From NCBI GenBank assembly GCA_040755455.1, contig JBFMAY010000001.1, positions 64,001-128,000 of the forward strand: DNA of 64,000 bases, written 5' to 3'. The stretch's first letter is position 1. Every line of letters starts with the position of its first letter. Under the pieces are notes generated by a model. That model saw only the letters and a list, made by a program, of their open reading frames with translations, did not search any database and was not told the origin of the DNA. The position numbers were made by a program, and so were the translations under genes. The DNA comes from Thermodesulfobacteriota bacterium (lineage in GTDB: Bacteria; Desulfobacterota; Desulfobulbia; Desulfobulbales; SURF-16). Positions 49,552-59,404 of the stretch are shown piece after piece.

Positions 49552-50949
49552 ATGATATCCGCCGACACTACATGGTTGTATCGCTCTATCCGCAAGCTTG
49601 CGTTCACTATCGGGCTTTTGATCTTGGGGGGATGTGTTTCGAAGCCGGCACTTCTCTCCCCTGAGAGCCGCATGCAGCTGGGACGTGTTGGCGTATTATC
49701 GCTTCCTTCAAAGCCAAACATTGAGTTTCAAACCTTTGCAAAAGGATGGGCGACCGGGGCTGCCAAGGGTGGTGCATTTGGTGTGATCGATGGGTTGCTA
49801 AGTTCTTTAGCCGAAGCTGCCAGAAACCAACCAACCGGTCCGTATGCCGCACCAGCGATTCTCATTAACGCAGTGGTGATGACTACGGTCAATACTTTGG
49901 TATACGGTGTTGCGGGTGGGCTGGAGGCAGTACCTGCAAAGACAGCTCGACAGATTGAGCAAGAACTCAAGGCGGCAATAGGGGACGTCAACTTGGCAAA
50001 CGACTTGGCTGAAAATATCTGCACGGTCTCTAGCGGACGAACTGACCTCGACCGCTATGCGCTTACCTGCTTGGGCCTGCCCCAGTCCGACAACACAGTC
50101 GCCTACGACCATTTGGCCAAACAGGGAATTAATACTGCCGTAGAAGTCCAAATCACTGAGGCAGGGTTCCGAGGAGGGAGCGGTTCGCAACCACTGGTGA
50201 GGTTTTATCTGAACGCAAGGATACGGCTGCTGGCCATCGACAGCGGTAAAGAGATTTACTCGGGTGATTTTCAATATCTGAGTCGTGACCTCCCCTTTGC
50301 GGAGTGGTTCATGGATGGCTCCAAGACATTGTTGTCAGGTTTTAAGCAGGGCATGATTGACCTGGCCGACCGAATTGTTGACGAGTTGTTTATTGTGACG
50401 CGCTTTCCCTTTGATACGGGCCTTTGGGCCTTGCCTGGTCAACCGGAATTCGGCAGTTGTTGGATTCGACCCATCTACCCGGAACTCAAACATACTTCCC
50501 TGTGGTATTCGATCCGTCACAATTCCCCCCGGATTCATATTCTCTATACAGCGGTTGATTCCCTTCAACCGTTATTCAGCTGGGAGGCTTTTCCGCGACC
50601 ACGAGACATGAAATCTGAAAACGCAACCGTGCTAAACCAGATATCTGATGTCTCCTATGACCTGAAGATCTGGGAAGCAGCAAGTGACTATCCCGAGCGA
50701 CTGGTTTGTGACATAAGGGGCCTTCCTGATCCCCAGTACCGACCCCCTTATCCTCTGAAGGAGAAGACAAAGTATTTCTGGGCCATTCGGGCCAGGTATA
50801 AATTGTCAGGTCAATCTCAGGTTACACGCTGGGCATTCTCAAGTATTCCTTCGAATCAGGTTTCCGATTATCCTCAAAGACCACCCGGTGGAACTTGCGA
50901 TTTGGACACCATACCCAGCACGAATTACTTCCGTTTCATAACGCCCTAA
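49552..50949 (+). CDS. Hypothetical lipoprotein
   Basis: AAGGGG RBS, lipobox LGGC, glycine-zipper-like segment; no family recognised. Confidence 0.7.
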   Translation: MISADTTWLYRSIRKLAFTIGLLILGGCVSKPALLSPESRMQLGRVGVLSLPSKPNIEFQTFAKGWATGAAKGGAFGVIDGLLSSLAEAARNQPTGPYAAPAILINAVVMTTVNTLVYGVAGGLEAVPAKTARQIEQELKAAIGDVNLANDLAENICTVSSGRTDLDRYALTCLGLPQSDNTVAYDHLAKQGINTAVEVQITEAGFRGGSGSQPLVRFYLNARIRLLAIDSGKEIYSGDFQYLSRDLPFAEWFMDGSKTLLSGFKQGMIDLADRIVDELFIVTRFPFDTGLWALPGQPEFGSCWIRPIYPELKHTSLWYSIRHNSPRIHILYTAVDSLQPLFSWEAFPRPRDMKSENATVLNQISDVSYDLKIWEAASDYPERLVCDIRGLPDPQYRPPYPLKEKTKYFWAIRARYKLSGQSQVTRWAFSSIPSNQVSDYPQRPPGGTCDLDTIPSTNYFRFITP

Positions 50950-51098
50950 TGTTTGATTTTTTTAAGAAATTTGCGACAAAAATGGCCAAAGGACAACTGT
51001 ATGGCTAACAATCGCAGCGGTGCGCAAAAAAACTGCGCCTGCTGCATGGCAACGACTAGATCAAGAAAAAGACGGCATCAGCCAGGGGAGCAGCGAAA

Positions 51099-51302
51099 AT
51101 GAGAAAAACAAATACCCGGCCACAGTGCGGGATGGCAAGAGCTGTTTGCGGAACTGCTGGGGTTGCGGCGACTCTGGTCAGGGTGTCAGCCGGCATTGCC
51201 GCCGTTGCCTGTCTGGGCTGGTTCGTGAAAGAAATGATCAAGGCAAGGGAAGAAAAGAAAAAAAATGACTTTACCCAGATTTCCACGGGGAAAGGACATT
51301 AA
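51099..51302 (+). CDS. Small single-TM hypothetical protein
   Basis: GGGGAG upstream; hydrophobic core followed by a Lys-rich tail. Confidence 0.45.
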   Translation: MRKTNTRPQCGMARAVCGTAGVAATLVRVSAGIAAVACLGWFVKEMIKAREEKKKNDFTQISTGKGH

Positions 51303-51411
51303 CGATAAACAGGGGCAGGATGGCGGGGGAAGTGTCATCAGCCGCGGGCGGTTCAACCTGACCCGCGCCAATCCCTCCAATCCCCAGCTCCTTGAGCTGA
51401 CAGAATCTGTT

Positions 51412-52098
51412 TTATGTCTTGTTTAAAGAGGGGATTAAAAGGCCGATTATCTTTTTTTCATCTCTGGCTTGCGATAGATCATTGACGTTGGCCTGCATTC
51501 TGGCTAGGGCTTCCTGCATGGCTGCTGCTGATTCATCATCAATCAGCGTGGTAAATTGTTCCTTTTCTCCGAGTAAACTGATGGTAATTTTGACGCAGCC
51601 TTCCTCTTCACCTGATGCGATCTCCATCCCGGCGCGGTTTTTGAGTTTCCTGAGCGCCATGGCGAACAACTTGAAAAAAACATACTGCACCAGAGATGGA
51701 TAATTGTAGATTGCCGGCAGGTTCTCATGCAGTTTGATTTTCAGATCAATCTCCTTGAGGCGCGCGAATCTTCGCAAAAATATGAGCTCTTCCTCCAGCA
51801 GGGTGTTCACCTGGAAAGAGGAAAGGGGCGTGTCGAGGCGATGGGCAAAACTGTTGAGATTGTTGGCCAGGTCCGTGGCCTGACCGACCCGGCCCTGAAT
51901 GGAGGTCACAATTTTTTCCAGTTTGGCGGCCACCGCTTCGTCCGTTACCCAGCCCATGGCGATCATGTCGCTGATCAGACCGTTGGATTCCTTGATGATG
52001 GCGAGATGATTCTTCAGGTCGTGGGTAAATCCGGCCAGTATCCGCCCGAAAAATTCAAGCTGTTGAGTGCGGAGTTCGTTATCCCTGTTCTCGTTCAT
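51412..52098 (-). CDS. HisKA protein with degenerate ATPase domain (possible phosphotransferase)
   Basis: FFGRILAGFTHDLKNHLAII H-box; no N, G1, F or G2 boxes recognisable. Confidence 0.75.
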   Translation of the reverse strand: MNENRDNELRTQQLEFFGRILAGFTHDLKNHLAIIKESNGLISDMIAMGWVTDEAVAAKLEKIVTSIQGRVGQATDLANNLNSFAHRLDTPLSSFQVNTLLEEELIFLRRFARLKEIDLKIKLHENLPAIYNYPSLVQYVFFKLFAMALRKLKNRAGMEIASGEEEGCVKITISLLGEKEQFTTLIDDESAAAMQEALARMQANVNDLSQARDEKKIIGLLIPSLNKT

Positions 52099-52484
52099 GG
52101 CTGTTCCTTGCGGGTATTTCTTTGCTCATAGGCCTGATTTATTTTTTCCAGGAGGAGATCAAGATCAATCGGTTTCATGATGTAGTCGAAGGCGCCGCGC
52201 TCCATGCCCTCGATGCCGCTGGAGGTGGAGCCGTGGCCGGTCAGCATGATCACTTCAATGCTCGGATCATGCGCCTTGATGCCGTCCAGGACTTCCAGAC
52301 CGCTTAAGTCCGGCATTTTCAGATCCAGTATGACCACATCCGGCGGCCGGATAAGGATTGTTGCCAGTGCATCTTTGCCGTTATTAACGGTTTCCGCTGC
52401 GATGTCCCTCAAGCCAAGACGTTCCGCCAGGGTTTCGGCGAACTCCACCTCATCGTCAACGATTAATACTTTTATTTCACTCAT
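52095..52484 (-). CDS. Single-domain response regulator
   Basis: LIVDDE, LDLKMP, LTGHG, GAFDYIMKP. Confidence 0.93.
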   Translation of the reverse strand: MSEIKVLIVDDEVEFAETLAERLGLRDIAAETVNNGKDALATILIRPPDVVILDLKMPDLSGLEVLDGIKAHDPSIEVIMLTGHGSTSSGIEGMERGAFDYIMKPIDLDLLLEKINQAYEQRNTRKEQP

Positions 52485-54225
52485 TTTGATCTCTCTCTGT
52501 TGATTTGTCCGGTTTAACCGGCAGGCGGATTTCAAAGGTCGCCCCTTTTCCGATTTCAGAATTTACCGTGATTTCCCCGCCGATTTTCTTAACCAGTCCA
52601 TAGGCAATTGAAAGTCCCAGGCCTGTGCCTTTACCCGGCGACTTGGTTGTAAAAAAAGGATCAAATATGTGTTGCAGAATATTTGGGGGAATTCCCGGGC
52701 CGCTGTCCTTGATTTGCACCACCACCTCTGTCTCCTGCAACCTGGTGATAATCGATATGAGTCCGTCCTTGCCGATGGCGTCGATGGCATTATTGATAAT
52801 ATTTAAAAAGATCTGTTGCAGTTGTCCCCGGTCGCAGAAGATCGTGGGCAGGTCTTCCTGGAAGTTCAGCTCCATGCGGATACGGCTATACATGGCCTCT
52901 TTTTCCAGGAAATTCAAGACCTCCTGTATCAATTCGTTCAGCTTGACTTCTTCGAGGATAACGTCCATGCGCCGGGCAAAACCAAGGAGTCGGTGGGTAA
53001 TGACCTTGCAGCGGCTGACGCTGTTCTGAATCCCCGTGATGGATGCGTAGAATTTATCCTTGTATTTGAAGTCACCGGTAAGCCCCAGCAGGTCCTGCAT
53101 CAGGCCGCTTTTCTGGTCAATAATTGCCAGGGGATTGTTGATTTCGTGGGCCACCCCGGCAGCCAGCCTGCCGATGGAGGCGAGCTTGTTGGAGTGCTCC
53201 GCATCCGTGAGAAGCGATTGCCTTTTTTCATCGGTTTCCCGGATACGGTTGGTGAGCATTGTTGAAAGAGAATAGGAAATTATCAGACAGGCGACCGAGC
53301 AGCACAGGACGATCAACAGCAGTCTCGATCGGAAGGAAAACCACGCTGCCTGGTGTATATACTTTTCTTTGATGAGCACCAGCAGCCACGGCGTATTATC
53401 AAGCGGGGCGCTGACCTGCAGGACATCCCCCATTCCCTTGTTCAGCTTGAGAATGTCGTGGATGTGCGAGGCGGTTTCGCATATCGGACAGAACTCCATG
53501 GCGTTGCCGAAATAGCGGGATGAGGTCTGCAGTTTGCCGGAATTGCTGACGATAAAGATATCATCTGACGCCTTGGTGTTGATGGTTGAGATGAATTCCT
53601 GCAGGGTGTCGGCATTGATGGTCGCCCGCAGGATCCAGAAATCCTCCGATTCAGGCAGCTTCTTGCTGATAGCGATGACAAAGTGGGGAATGTTGCGGTA
53701 GCCGAGAAAAACGTTGCTGACGTAAAAACCATGCCTTACCACCTGGTCAAACCATTCCTGCACCCGGTAATTATAACCCTGCAGTTTGTAAGGTCCGGAA
53801 TAAGTCAGCTGGATTCCCTGGGAGTCGATAACCCCAAGGTCAACAAAGCCGTTGTATTTTAATTTGAGGCGGATCAGCATGGCATCCAGGGTTTCCTGAT
53901 CCAGCATTTCTTCGCATCTGTCTTCCCTGACGACGAATTCGATGCTGGAATGCAGTTCATTTATCAAGGCCTGCAAGGTTTTCTGGGCACCTTCCAGATT
54001 CCACAGCAGCTGCTCCTTTTCCGTCGTCTGGAGAAGATCCCTGTATTGGAGAAAGCCTATTGCCGCAGTAATGCATGTCGGCAGCATGGAGATGGTGAGC
54101 ATGATTGTCAGGAGGGTGAGGCGAAATTTCTTGTATCGCTTATTGATGCCTGATCCATCATCAATACCGTATTCGTCATGTGGTAAAAACCTGGACATCC
54201 AGCGGTTTAAGATATTCATGCTCAT
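52477..54225 (-). CDS. Membrane sensor histidine kinase with a periplasmic dCache-like domain
   Basis: Two TM segments, [29 protein letters not shown]. Confidence 0.93.
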   Translation of the reverse strand: MSMNILNRWMSRFLPHDEYGIDDGSGINKRYKKFRLTLLTIMLTISMLPTCITAAIGFLQYRDLLQTTEKEQLLWNLEGAQKTLQALINELHSSIEFVVREDRCEEMLDQETLDAMLIRLKLKYNGFVDLGVIDSQGIQLTYSGPYKLQGYNYRVQEWFDQVVRHGFYVSNVFLGYRNIPHFVIAISKKLPESEDFWILRATINADTLQEFISTINTKASDDIFIVSNSGKLQTSSRYFGNAMEFCPICETASHIHDILKLNKGMGDVLQVSAPLDNTPWLLVLIKEKYIHQAAWFSFRSRLLLIVLCCSVACLIISYSLSTMLTNRIRETDEKRQSLLTDAEHSNKLASIGRLAAGVAHEINNPLAIIDQKSGLMQDLLGLTGDFKYKDKFYASITGIQNSVSRCKVITHRLLGFARRMDVILEEVKLNELIQEVLNFLEKEAMYSRIRMELNFQEDLPTIFCDRGQLQQIFLNIINNAIDAIGKDGLISIITRLQETEVVVQIKDSGPGIPPNILQHIFDPFFTTKSPGKGTGLGLSIAYGLVKKIGGEITVNSEIGKGATFEIRLPVKPDKSTERDQNE

Positions 54226-54572
54226 AATGCCTCTTCGCCGACAGCGCCCGGCAATATGGTTCCTGAGGTAAGGCGGTTTTCAAGAACCAGCTGCAGGGCC
54301 TCTGCATAGGGTCCGATAACCGAGTCGAAAATTTTCTTTTTGATCCAGGAAAGGTATTTGTAATGCCGCTCCTCAATGCCGCCGCATACGACGATGGCTA
54401 TATTCTCTTTGGTGATAAAACTGCAGAGTTCATCCGCCGAAGGTCGTGAAATGAGAATGATTCTTGGTTTCTCGGTCAGTTTCTGCCCGTCGGATGACGC
54501 GATCAGAACCTCTGATACCATATCAAATCGCGGGGCCACGAAATTCCCCTGGATGGTGATCAGTATTTTCAT
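54222..54572 (-). CDS. NifB/NifX-family (FeMo-co-binding-like) small protein
   Basis: VAPRFD...VVCGGI; start could be the TTG at 54587. Confidence 0.7.
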   Translation of the reverse strand: MKILITIQGNFVAPRFDMVSEVLIASSDGQKLTEKPRIILISRPSADELCSFITKENIAIVVCGGIEERHYKYLSWIKKKIFDSVIGPYAEALQLVLENRLTSGTILPGAVGEEAL

Positions 54573-54589
54573 AAGCTTTATATTCAAAT

Positions 54590-54690
54590 GTCAGAAGTCA
54601 AAAGTCAAAAGTCAAGGAGTCAGGAGACAGAATAACTGATTTTTCTCGGCCTTTCTTCTTTTTTTATTCTAATTTCTGTCTCTTGACTCT
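54590..54690. repeat. Heptamer tandem repeats with an inverted copy
   Basis: GTCAGAA GTCAAAA GTCAAAA GTCAAGGA GTCAGGA GACAGAA, then TTCTGTCTCTTGACTC. Confidence 0.7.
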
Positions 54691-54704
54691 TTCAGTTGGT
54701 AAAT

Positions 54705-56087
54705 TTAAACAACCCCATGCATTTTCAATTTGCGCCACAGGGTTGTCCGTCCCCAGCCAAGTATCTTGGCGGCTTGGGAACGGTTTCCTCTTGTCTTTGT
54801 CAAAGCATCGAGAATTATCTCTTTCTCAATATCATTCCAGTTGCCCGCCCTGGGTTTCAATGGCTCAGGGGTTGAAATTTGTCCCTGCTGCCCGATGTCG
54901 TAAGCCTTTGGCTGCGTTATGCTGTTGCTGACCTGCCAGGTAGATATATATGGGGGCAGATGCTCCGTCCTGATTTTTTCCCCCTGGCATATGTTGGCTG
55001 CATACTCAATGATATTGTGGAGTTCACGCACGTTGCCGGGATAGGCATAAGACAACAGCTTGGAGAAGGCGTTTGCTGAGAATCCCTTGATGGATTTGTT
55101 TAATTTCGATTCGAATTCCTTGAGGAAATGGTCAAGCAGCAGGCGGATATCGTCTTCCCTTTCCCGCAGGGCAGGCAGATGGATGCGCAGAACATTGAGC
55201 CGATAAAAAAGGTCTTCACGGAATTTGCCTTGCTGGATCAGCTCGCGGAGGTCGCGATGGGTGGCGGCAATAATGCGGACATCCACCTCGACTTTCTGGG
55301 TGCCGCCCACCGGATAGAATTCCTTATTGTCAAGAACGGAAAGGATTTTTGCCTGCAGGGGCATCGGCAGATCGCCGATTTCCGTCAAAAATATCGTGCC
55401 GGCATGGGCCAGCCGTAATATGCCCGGCTTGTCCTTGACCGCGCCGGTAAAGGCACCTCGGGCATAACCGAATAACTCCGACTCGAGCAGTGATTCGGGG
55501 AGTGCACCGCAGTTGATCTTGATAAAAGGATGCCGGGCCCTTTGGGATGCCTTGTGAATGGCTTCGGCAATAAGATCTTTGCCCGTGCCGGTCTCGCCGG
55601 TGATAAGAACCGTGGCGTCGGTGTGGGCAAGAACAGGAATGAGTCCGTGCACTTCCTGCATCTTGGGGCTATGGCCGAGTATCACCTCGGCGCCGTCATA
55701 GAGGCGTTGACTCTTGTTTTGGTAGATGGAGGTGTCTTCCAGCACAACGAGCAGTCCGACAACATTGCCACGCTCGGCTCTGAGCGGGGATATGGTGAAC
55801 TGAACAGGAATTTTTTTGTGATCACGGTTGATGATGTTTCCTTCAATGGCTATCGATTCGCCTGTTTCCAGGGCCTTGTGAAAATGTTGGTTTTTGGGCC
55901 CCAGGTTGCAGCGTAGAATAAAGTTCCCGTATATCCCTCTGGCCTGGGCGATGGTATACCCAGTTAGAACTTCCAGGTAAGAGTTCATCTCCATAACGCG
56001 AAGCTCTGGGTCCAGGATGGCAATGGCGTGTGGAAAACCATTCAACAGTTCTGAAACAGCTATTTGAGGAAGAGATGATAATTTCAT
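54705..56087 (-). CDS. PAS-containing sigma-54-dependent activator (Fis-type HTH)
   Basis: GETGTGKD, ESELFGYARGAFTGA, FREDLFYRLNV, PGNVREL, HTH. Confidence 0.95.
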   Translation of the reverse strand: MKLSSLPQIAVSELLNGFPHAIAILDPELRVMEMNSYLEVLTGYTIAQARGIYGNFILRCNLGPKNQHFHKALETGESIAIEGNIINRDHKKIPVQFTISPLRAERGNVVGLLVVLEDTSIYQNKSQRLYDGAEVILGHSPKMQEVHGLIPVLAHTDATVLITGETGTGKDLIAEAIHKASQRARHPFIKINCGALPESLLESELFGYARGAFTGAVKDKPGILRLAHAGTIFLTEIGDLPMPLQAKILSVLDNKEFYPVGGTQKVEVDVRIIAATHRDLRELIQQGKFREDLFYRLNVLRIHLPALREREDDIRLLLDHFLKEFESKLNKSIKGFSANAFSKLLSYAYPGNVRELHNIIEYAANICQGEKIRTEHLPPYISTWQVSNSITQPKAYDIGQQGQISTPEPLKPRAGNWNDIEKEIILDALTKTRGNRSQAAKILGWGRTTLWRKLKMHGVV

Positions 56088-56884
56088 TGGTTGCACGAGT
56101 TCATTTGTAGGATGCTCAGTTTCAGCCTTGCTGCATCTTGTTGAGTTTGCAAAAGTCTCCAACTTTAAATGCCGTTTGTTTACCTCTCTGCCGCAGTGGG
56201 AAGTCAATTAAACCCTGCTTGCCCCATGCCCCAGAAAACAACATGGCTGTTTTATAATGTTTACTATTGTTTTAAACAATTCCTCTGTTTTAAACAATTT
56301 CTTTTGGCAGTTGTTTCATAATCTTTTAGGTGCTGTTACCAAATAACCATGGCATTTCCATCCATTTCGTTACAACCCCTCAGGGGGGTAGTAGTGGTGG
56401 AATGGTGCCGTTTTTATTTTACAACGGCTTAGTCGCGCGATTTGTCGGGAAATCTCCCGCATGGATCTGGGGAGATGCAGCGCGTTAAGAGTTTTTTTTG
56501 TGATTGGTGTTGATCGCGGGGCGGCGAGTTTGCCAGGGATTTTATCTGCGAAATTGCATCACCTTTGCCGCATGGCGGAGAGTTTTTTTTCTCAGGTAGG
56601 CGATGATGACGCGCAAGCGGGATCGGGCAGTTTCTTGCAACCGGGATTACAGTTGTCCCCGGGAGTTCTGGGTGAAATTGGGAGAAATATATCATTTCTC
56701 CGCGGGGCGGCCACACTTCTTGATTCGGGAAGAGGGGTAATAAAAACCTGTACCGAATTTTTTCTGTGGAAAAAACAGTGTATGATTTCAGGTGATCTCG
56801 CAAAGCCTGAAATCAACAAAGAGGTTAGGGCGCATAGGCGGCTTTTTCTTCTGGTGATCCTCGTTACCTCATTGCTGGGATTTC

Positions 56885-57090
56885 TTTTCCAGCAGAACTT
56901 CCATGTCGCCGGTTTTTTCAAGAAAGTTCCCGGCTCCGAGCTTAATCGCCTCGAAGCCGCTTTCATTGTCCCGTGACCGGTCAATATGAGGATTACAAAG
57001 ATCAGGGCGCTTCTCCTGAGATGCGTTTCAACGTTTCCGGTTCATCAATAGCGGCATGGCGAGATCCACGATGATCGCATCAAAATTCTG
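56885..57090 (-). pseudogene. Multiply frameshifted receiver-domain remnant
   Basis: Pieces in shifting frames: FDAIIVDLAMP / ETLKRI / EKRPDL / ILTGHGT / GFEAIKLGAGNFLEK..DMEVLLEK. Confidence 0.75.
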
Positions 57091-57138
57091 TTTTTCCTCC
57101 TTATTCGTCTTGGTGTCGCTTTAAGATTTCCCCCCCCT

Positions 57139-58398
57139 TCAGCCACCATATCTTCCGTTGCGGCTGCTTGCATTGCCGGTGGAAGCCATCTTGGCCGATT
57201 CCGCTATCGACTTGTATGCATCGTAAATGGTGGCGGACAGTTTCTCGATATCGGTCGGTTTCTGCAGATAGGCAAAGGCGCCGAGTTCCATGCAGATTTT
57301 CCGGTCGTCTTCCGTGCCGTGCCCGGTGAGAATAATGACCTTGATATTGGGATGTGTCTTCCTGGTCTGCCGCAGAACCTCGATGCCGTCAATGCCAGGC
57401 ATCTTCAGGTCGAGAACCATGACATCGGGCCGGTCATCTTTGAGAAGGTCCAGAGCCTGCTGCCCGTCATAGACCGCATGGGAACCCACATCACGGCTGA
57501 TCAAGCGTTCCGATAAGGTCTGGGCAAACTCTTTTTCGTCGTCCACCAGCAAAACCTTGGAGGGCAGTTCAAACTGCTGTTTGCGGTAGATGGAAATTTT
57601 GTAGTCCGGCCCCTTTACCACCTCAACAGATTTTACCCCCCCCACTGCCGAGGCAATGTCGCTCAATTCGCTTTCCAGTTTGCCGAAATTGAGCACGCTC
57701 TTGTTGACGGTGAGGCGGACTCCGCCGTTGTTCGCCGCCACTTCAATGTTGTGGCCTTTGCCGAGCAGGGCCAGTTCCACCTGGGCGCCAAGAGCCATAT
57801 CCTTGATGGCCTGTACCGAAGCGTCGGTTTTCTGCACGGCGCTTTTGTGCAGATTTTCCAGGATAATCTGGAGAACGTCCTTGGTGGTGTACTGGTCGGC
57901 AGGAATGACAATGTCATAAAGGAGAGGGCTCCATGCCTCTTTTTTATAGAGAAAATCGGTCAATTCGAAGGCGCTTGCGTCGCTTTTGTGGATCAGGCGT
58001 TTTGCCTCTTTTTCGGAGATGCCGGCGGCAACGGCCCTCTGGATTCTCTGCTCCTTGCTGCCGGCAATCAGCACTTTGAGAACATGGCTTATCCGGGCAG
58101 GAATCAGCAGGGTAATAAAGCCGTAATAGATGCATCGCTCGTTTTCGCCCAGTTTTTCCGACAGGGAGGATTTCAAGAAGGCAAGATGTTTTTCCTTTTC
58201 CAGGGTGAACTGGTTAAATACCGACATTTTCGTGTAAAGGGCCTGTTCCAGTTTGTTTTTGTCGACCTTGTACTTTGAGCAGGCGTCGGCAATAATGTCT
58301 TTATCGCTGATGACTTGTGATGCGGTGAGAGTCGACAGCTCGTTTATGATTTGCGTCTCGTTGGTAAAAGTGCTGGAAAACATGGCTATTGCTGGCAT
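57139..58398 (-). CDS. Response regulator with a cytidylate-kinase-like N-terminus, BON-like middle and C-terminal REC
   Basis: HVLKVLIAGSKEQRIQRA..YDIVI; LVDDE, LDLKMP, LTGHG, KP. Confidence 0.82.
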   Translation of the reverse strand: MPAIAMFSSTFTNETQIINELSTLTASQVISDKDIIADACSKYKVDKNKLEQALYTKMSVFNQFTLEKEKHLAFLKSSLSEKLGENERCIYYGFITLLIPARISHVLKVLIAGSKEQRIQRAVAAGISEKEAKRLIHKSDASAFELTDFLYKKEAWSPLLYDIVIPADQYTTKDVLQIILENLHKSAVQKTDASVQAIKDMALGAQVELALLGKGHNIEVAANNGGVRLTVNKSVLNFGKLESELSDIASAVGGVKSVEVVKGPDYKISIYRKQQFELPSKVLLVDDEKEFAQTLSERLISRDVGSHAVYDGQQALDLLKDDRPDVMVLDLKMPGIDGIEVLRQTRKTHPNIKVIILTGHGTEDDRKICMELGAFAYLQKPTDIEKLSATIYDAYKSIAESAKMASTGNASSRNGRYGG

Positions 58399-58469
58399 AT
58401 TGCTGCTCCTTTCTGGGAAAATTAATAAATGGAATGAGAACAGTGGGATGTTCTTTGTCTATCAAAATC

Positions 58470-58485
58470 TGCACATGGTGTACCG
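58470..58485 (-). promoter_or_regulatory. Candidate sigma-54 promoter for the 58398 gene
   Basis: Minus strand CGGTACACCATGTGCA with GG-N10-GC spacing. Confidence 0.4.
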
Positions 58486-59404
58486 GTTATGTTTTTGGGG
58501 GCAATGGCTTGCTTCCCTCGAGTGATGAATCGATATGACGAAATAAAGAACGCAAAAAAGGTGTTTCGGATGGGTGCAACACCTTTTCTTGTTGAAACGA
58601 GCGAAATGCGGGGGCGTGTTTCATGTGGTTTTATCGTGAAACTTTGGCGGCAGGGCCAGGTCGCAGGCTTTGTCGATGCATCAGCATGATCCTGTCGGGA
58701 TAAGGCAAATTTCGCGGATGGCATTGTCGTTTAACGTTCATAGGGTCGAGAAAGCAAATGAACATTTACCTCTGTTTAAGCCTGGTAGACGAATAAAAAA
58801 TCACCCAAGTCATATTTTTTTTTCACCCCCGTCTCCTGGTGAGAAGAGTTATTTTATTGTTTGCCAGAGAATTTTACGCCACGCAAGAAAAATCGCATGA
58901 TTATGGTCGCTTTTTGCAGGATTTTCGCTCGTTGTGGTAGCGGGGACGGCAGTTGTTCAGGCAATGGTGCCTGCTGCTTTCAGAAGCTTGTATCGGCAAT
59001 GTTCGTATGTTTGCCAATGATGAGAAAAGGCGGGGAAACCAGAGGGAGGGGGGGGCCATGGGAGTCATGGAGCCCGCCTGGCCGGATGTCTCCATGCTCA
59101 TGGGGCATGCCGCCGAATGTGGCGATCGTGGTGAGAAAAATTGACCTGATTGCCATGCCCTATGAACCGGCAGACATTTCAGGTCCATGTCAAAGAGCTT
59201 GTTACTTCACTTTTGCAGCTGCTATAATATCTCGTGATTTATGGAATTGATTTCTTTCCTTTTTTATCGGGATGGAAGAAGATGATAAAGATATCCGCGG
59301 CAGGGTAAAAGGCAGCAGAGAGGGCGGGATCGGGCGCTCTGATAAATCTCATCTGTAATCAGGTGTATGGTCTGGAGAAATTGCGGGAATGGTAGAAGAG
59401 GGGA

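Noticed and set aside
58420..59400. Short ORFs in the 1-kb divergent intergenic region
   Set aside because: No recognisable motifs or consistent coding signal
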